DNA of 38,410 bases from a virus (lineage: Duplodnaviria; Caudoviricetes): positions 1 through 38,410 of the IMG/VR virus record IMGVR_UViG_3300031965_001178; one strand, 5' to 3'. Every line of letters begins with the position of its first letter. The stretch's first letter is position 1. This document shows, in pieces, positions 35,256-38,410 of the stretch. Made by a program: the position numbers and the translations under genes. A model generated the notes under the pieces. That model searched no databases, had not been told where the DNA came from, and was given only the letters and a program-made list of their open reading frames with translations.

Positions 35256-35558
35256 ATGGCGCTCGTCAGGCAGGAGATCGCCCGCGAGCGGGGCGCGGCC
35301 GGCACCGTCGCCATGGCGGTGGTCTTCGACGACGCGACGCTCGGGATCGTCGCCATCGAGACGACCAACACGGTCGCCGGAAGCCGGCTTGGAGCCGGCG
35401 TGGAGCACACGGGCGAGGCCCGGCTCGCGATCGACGCCGGGGAGGGGGCCAAGAGCCGCGATGTGTCGGGCAGGGCGATGAAGATGGTCCGCCTGAGGCT
35501 GCCCGAGGGCGAGAGCATCGGCGTGCCGTTCGGGCATGGCTGGGGGCGGGTCAAGTGA
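35256..35558 (+). CDS. Hypothetical protein (100 aa)
   Basis: Fills the gap between neighbours; GTGA overlap with the next gene. Confidence 0.6.
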   Translation: MALVRQEIARERGAAGTVAMAVVFDDATLGIVAIETTNTVAGSRLGAGVEHTGEARLAIDAGEGAKSRDVSGRAMKMVRLRLPEGESIGVPFGHGWGRVK

Positions 35559-36946
35559 CGAATTTCACCAGGCAGCAGCACGTCTTTTCCGGTTACGTCT
35601 CGGCCGGGTCCGTCACACTGGGCAGTGTCTGTGGCAGCACCGACAATCAGCTCTTCTTCTTCATGTGCCAGCGTGGCGGGCAAGGCTGGTCGAACTTTAC
35701 TTTCAGCGACCAGAACGGCGGCGTCTGGACCCGCATTCTCGAGCAGGATTTCGACCTCGCCGACAGCGCGACAGACCGCAGGAGCTTCGCGGTCTGGTGC
35801 CGGAAAGTCGTGGCCGCCGATCTGTCGACGGCACTGACCATGTCCGCGTTGGCGGTTGGTGCCAGCGGGGCGTTCAAGGCGGGACTGGTCGAGTTTTCGG
35901 CCGACGGCGCGTTCGACTGGACGCTGGCGGCCGAGGAAGCGATCGGCAATACCGCCGATGACACGCCGGCCTCGTCGTTCGGGCTGGGCTCGACCGGAGA
36001 CCCCGGAACCAGCGACAATTTCGTCTTCGCCTTCTCGATGCTGAAGAAGAACTCATCGACCAACCCAACCAGCATGGAATTCGACATTGCCGGCGGCGCC
36101 AACATCACCAGCGTCGATGGCAATTTTACCATGGCCGTGTGCCTGGAGTGGTCGGCCGCCGGACTCACCGGGGCGCAGGACCTGACGTTCTCATGGGCCT
36201 CGGACACGAACGTCGGCTCGGGTGGCGTCAGCATCTTCACCACGGCGGGTGGCGGAACGCCGGTCGGGCTTGCCGCCGAGGCCGACGCGGCGCTCGCGGT
36301 CGCCGCGGCGAGGAGACTGGCGGTCGGACTTGCCTCCGAGGCGAATTCACCGCTGGCGGCGACGATCGCGCGGGAGAGGGCGGTCGGCCTCGCCGGCGAG
36401 GCGGATTCAGCCCTCGCGGCGACGATCGCCCGCATCAGGGCCGTTGGCATTTCCGCCGAGAGCGATGCCGCGCCCGCGCTCGGGACCCAGCTCGTCGTCG
36501 CCCTCGGCCTCGCCGGCGAGACGGGCGCCGCGCTCGCGGCGACCATCGCCCGGGCAAGGGCGCTGGGGCTCGCGAGCGAGAGCGATATAGCGCTCGGCCT
36601 CGCCGGCCAGATCGTGGTCGCCGTCGGCCTCGCGGGCGAGAGTGACGCGGCGCCCGCCGCGACCATCGCCCGGGCGCTCGCGCTCGCTCTCGCGGCCGAG
36701 AGCGATCTCGCCCCGGGAGCGACCATCGCCCGGGCAAGGGCGCTGGGGCTCGCGGCGGAGACCGGAGCCGCGCTCGCCATCGCCGCCCGGCGCGCCGTCG
36801 CGCTGGGTCTCGCCGCCGACAGCGAAAGCGCGCTCGCCCTCGTGCTGGCCGCGCTCGCGCTCGACCTGCCGTTGACCACCACGCTCGATGGGCCGGCGCG
36901 GACCACCACGCTCGGTGGGCCGTCGCGGATCGCGACGCTCAACTGA
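35555..36946 (+). CDS. Putative fibre or adhesin: N-terminal beta-rich domain plus ten 20-aa Ala-rich repeats
   Basis: Repeat consensus (V/L)GLAxExDxALAATIARxRA, ten copies. Confidence 0.65.
   Translation: MTNFTRQQHVFSGYVSAGSVTLGSVCGSTDNQLFFFMCQRGGQGWSNFTFSDQNGGVWTRILEQDFDLADSATDRRSFAVWCRKVVAADLSTALTMSALAVGASGAFKAGLVEFSADGAFDWTLAAEEAIGNTADDTPASSFGLGSTGDPGTSDNFVFAFSMLKKNSSTNPTSMEFDIAGGANITSVDGNFTMAVCLEWSAAGLTGAQDLTFSWASDTNVGSGGVSIFTTAGGGTPVGLAAEADAALAVAAARRLAVGLASEANSPLAATIARERAVGLAGEADSALAATIARIRAVGISAESDAAPALGTQLVVALGLAGETGAALAATIARARALGLASESDIALGLAGQIVVAVGLAGESDAAPAATIARALALALAAESDLAPGATIARARALGLAAETGAALAIAARRAVALGLAADSESALALVLAALALDLPLTTTLDGPARTTTLGGPSRIATLN
36263..36862 (+). repeat. Ten tandem degenerate 60-bp coding repeats
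   Basis: For example GCGACCATCGCCCGGGCAAGGGCGCTGGGGCTCGCG recurs 180 bp apart (36539 and 36719). Confidence 0.85.
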
Positions 36947-36961
36947 TCACAGGAGTGACCG

Positions 36962-37297
36962 ATGGCGACCACCCCCCTCAGGGTCAAGCAGGGCGATGTC
37001 GGGTACCCCGTGAGGTCCCAGCTCATATCGGACGGCGCCGTGGTCGATCTCACCGGCGCCACCGCGAGGTTCATCATGCGCGCGACCAAGACCTCCGCCG
37101 CCGCCAAGGTGGACCAGCCGGCGACGATCGTCGGCGATCCGGCCCAGGGCAACATCCAGTACGAGATGACGGCTGGCGATCTCGACACGCCTGGCAACTA
37201 CCTGGTCGAGTGGGAGGTGACATTCGCGACCGGCGAGGTGGCGACGTGGCCGTCGGGCGGCTATCTCCCGCTCACGGTCGTCGCCGAGCTCGGCTGA
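36962..37297 (+). CDS. BppU N-terminal-like (baseplate upper protein) Ig-like domain protein
   Basis: VKQGD, VVDLTGATARF, GNIQY...DLDTPGNY..EWEVTF..G...TWP motifs; AGGAG RBS. Confidence 0.7.
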   Translation: MATTPLRVKQGDVGYPVRSQLISDGAVVDLTGATARFIMRATKTSAAAKVDQPATIVGDPAQGNIQYEMTAGDLDTPGNYLVEWEVTFATGEVATWPSGGYLPLTVVAELG

Positions 37298-37351
37298 GCG
37301 ACGACGCCACCACAAGGAGGTTGCGCAGCACCAGGACGAAGATCGAGGGAC

Positions 37352-37470
37352 GGGGCCGGAGCGTGTTCACGCCCCGGCCGCGGGGCCAGGCGACCAACCA
37401 TCGACCCCGCGCGGCGCCAAGAGACTCAACGCCATCCCGCCGCCGCTCATCGAGCGGCGGGTGATTTTGA
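37352..37470 (+). promoter_or_regulatory. Structured leader (several hairpins) upstream of the methylase
   Basis: GGCCGGAGCGTG-TT-CACGCCCCGGCC; GCGGGG...CCCCGC; CCGCCGCTC-ATC-GAGCGGCGG followed by GTGATTTT. Confidence 0.5.
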
Positions 37471-37484
37471 CACGACCGAGATCA

Positions 37485-38294
37485 ATGGAAAGAGGTCCGG
37501 AGCGCCGGCCAGTCAATCGCGTGCGGACGGCGGCGCCATACCTGGGTGGAAAGAGGAACCTCGCACGGCGCCTTGTGCCGCTCATCGAGTCAATCCCCCA
37601 CCACACCTATGTTGAGCCGTTCTGTGGCATGGGCGGCGTCTTTTTCCGCCGGCCGAGTGCGTCGCCGGCCGAGGTGATCAACGACATTTCTGGGGACATC
37701 GCCACGTTGTTCCGCATCCTTCAGCGACACTACACTCCGTTCCTGGAGATGCTGCGCTATCAGGTGACCAGCCGGCGCGAGTTCGATCGCCTCCTCAAGA
37801 CCGACCCCACGACACTGACCGACCTGGAGAGGGCCGCCCGGTTTCTCTATCTGCAGCGAACGACCTATGGCGGCATCGTGTCCGGGCGGTCGTTCGGCGT
37901 CTCACCTTCGTCGTCGGCGAGATTTGACGTGACGAAGCTCGCTCCCGTGCTCGAGGAAATCCACGAACGGCTGGCGGGGGTGATTGTCGAATGCCTCCCC
38001 TGGGCCGACCTCATCACACGCTATGACCGGCCAGCGACCCTGTTCTACATCGACCCACCCTATTGGGGCTCGGAACGAGACTACGGTCCCGCCATGTTTG
38101 AGCGGGGCGATCATGGTGTTCTGAGCGCCGCGTTGAAGAACCTTCGAGGGGCCTTCATACTGTCGATGAATGACGTTCCGGAGGTGCGGTCGCTATATGG
38201 GTGGGCTCGCATGGAGCCGGTCAGCACCACCTACGCGATATCCGGCGGCAAGGGCACCAGGGCTGCGGAGCTGATCATCACGGGGCGGTGTTGA
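37485..38294 (+). CDS. dam: DNA adenine methyltransferase (D12/Dam-like) in the Mu mom position
   Basis: PYLGGKR, YVEPFCGMGGVF, EVINDI and FYIDPPY motifs. The target sequence is unknown. Confidence 0.92.
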   Translation: MERGPERRPVNRVRTAAPYLGGKRNLARRLVPLIESIPHHTYVEPFCGMGGVFFRRPSASPAEVINDISGDIATLFRILQRHYTPFLEMLRYQVTSRREFDRLLKTDPTTLTDLERAARFLYLQRTTYGGIVSGRSFGVSPSSSARFDVTKLAPVLEEIHERLAGVIVECLPWADLITRYDRPATLFYIDPPYWGSERDYGPAMFERGDHGVLSAALKNLRGAFILSMNDVPEVRSLYGWARMEPVSTTYAISGGKGTRAAELIITGRC

Positions 38295-38340
38295 ACAGGC
38301 GCCGCGAAGGAGGATGGGGCTGAATCGCGATTTTTTAGCT

Positions 38341-38388
38341 GCTACAAAATCAAGTGTCCCGCGCTACAACATCAAGTGGCCGGCTACA
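38341..38388 (-). repeat. Right end (attR): tandem 20-22 bp transposase-binding-like repeats ending in ACA
   Basis: GCTACAAAATCAAGTGTCCCGC / GCTACAACATCAAGTGGCCG / GCTACA, with GCTACA at 38341, 38363 and 38383. Confidence 0.8.
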
Positions 38389-38410
38389 ACGGTGTCGGGG
38401 CTGGAAAACG

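Larger units (their letters stand above)
78..38388 (+). mobile_element. Mu-like transposable prophage or phage genome, apparently complete, with a siphovirus-type GTA-like tail
   Basis: MuA/MuB-like genes, GemA, Mor-like, and Mu-type terminase, portal, protease and gpT capsid in Mu order. The ends TGTTGGCAGACACATGAAATTG (78-99) and the reverse complement of the right end TGTAGCCGGCCACTTGATGTTG match at 15/22 positions. Confidence 0.92.

Noticed and set aside
34038-37297. Invertible tail-fibre (G-segment) system
   Set aside because: No serine invertase, no inverted gix-like repeats and no oppositely oriented fibre genes.

Overview
The window is almost entirely one apparently complete, GC-rich transposable (Mu-like) temperate phage of about 38.3 kb (78-38388, TGT...ACA ends with repeated transposase-site-like motifs), with only short flanks and no perfect target-site duplication. 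Gene content points to an alphaproteobacterial host. The order is: left end; a lambda-style switch (S24-peptidase repressor and Cro-like gene around two 17-bp palindromes); an early operon (LexA-like, OmpR/CtrA-like, ParB, MuA, MuB, DnaA domain IV-like, DUF3164, GemA, Mor/C-like); lysis genes; Mu-type packaging and head genes; a non-contractile tail whose tip module resembles the R. capsulatus gene transfer agent (DUF2460, DUF2163, NlpC/P60, GTA-TIM megatron, DUF2793); an extra four-gene fibre-like cassette; and a Dam-type methylase in the mom position. The most notable signals are stand-alone mimics of host master-regulator DNA-binding domains with a perfect DnaA box in the repressor leader, a heptamer-repeat long hairpin spanned by a translationally coupled mini-ORF, a shared late-promoter motif, and a midpoint region with helically phased motifs and an antisense micro-gene. 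All family assignments come from motif recognition by eye, not from database searches.
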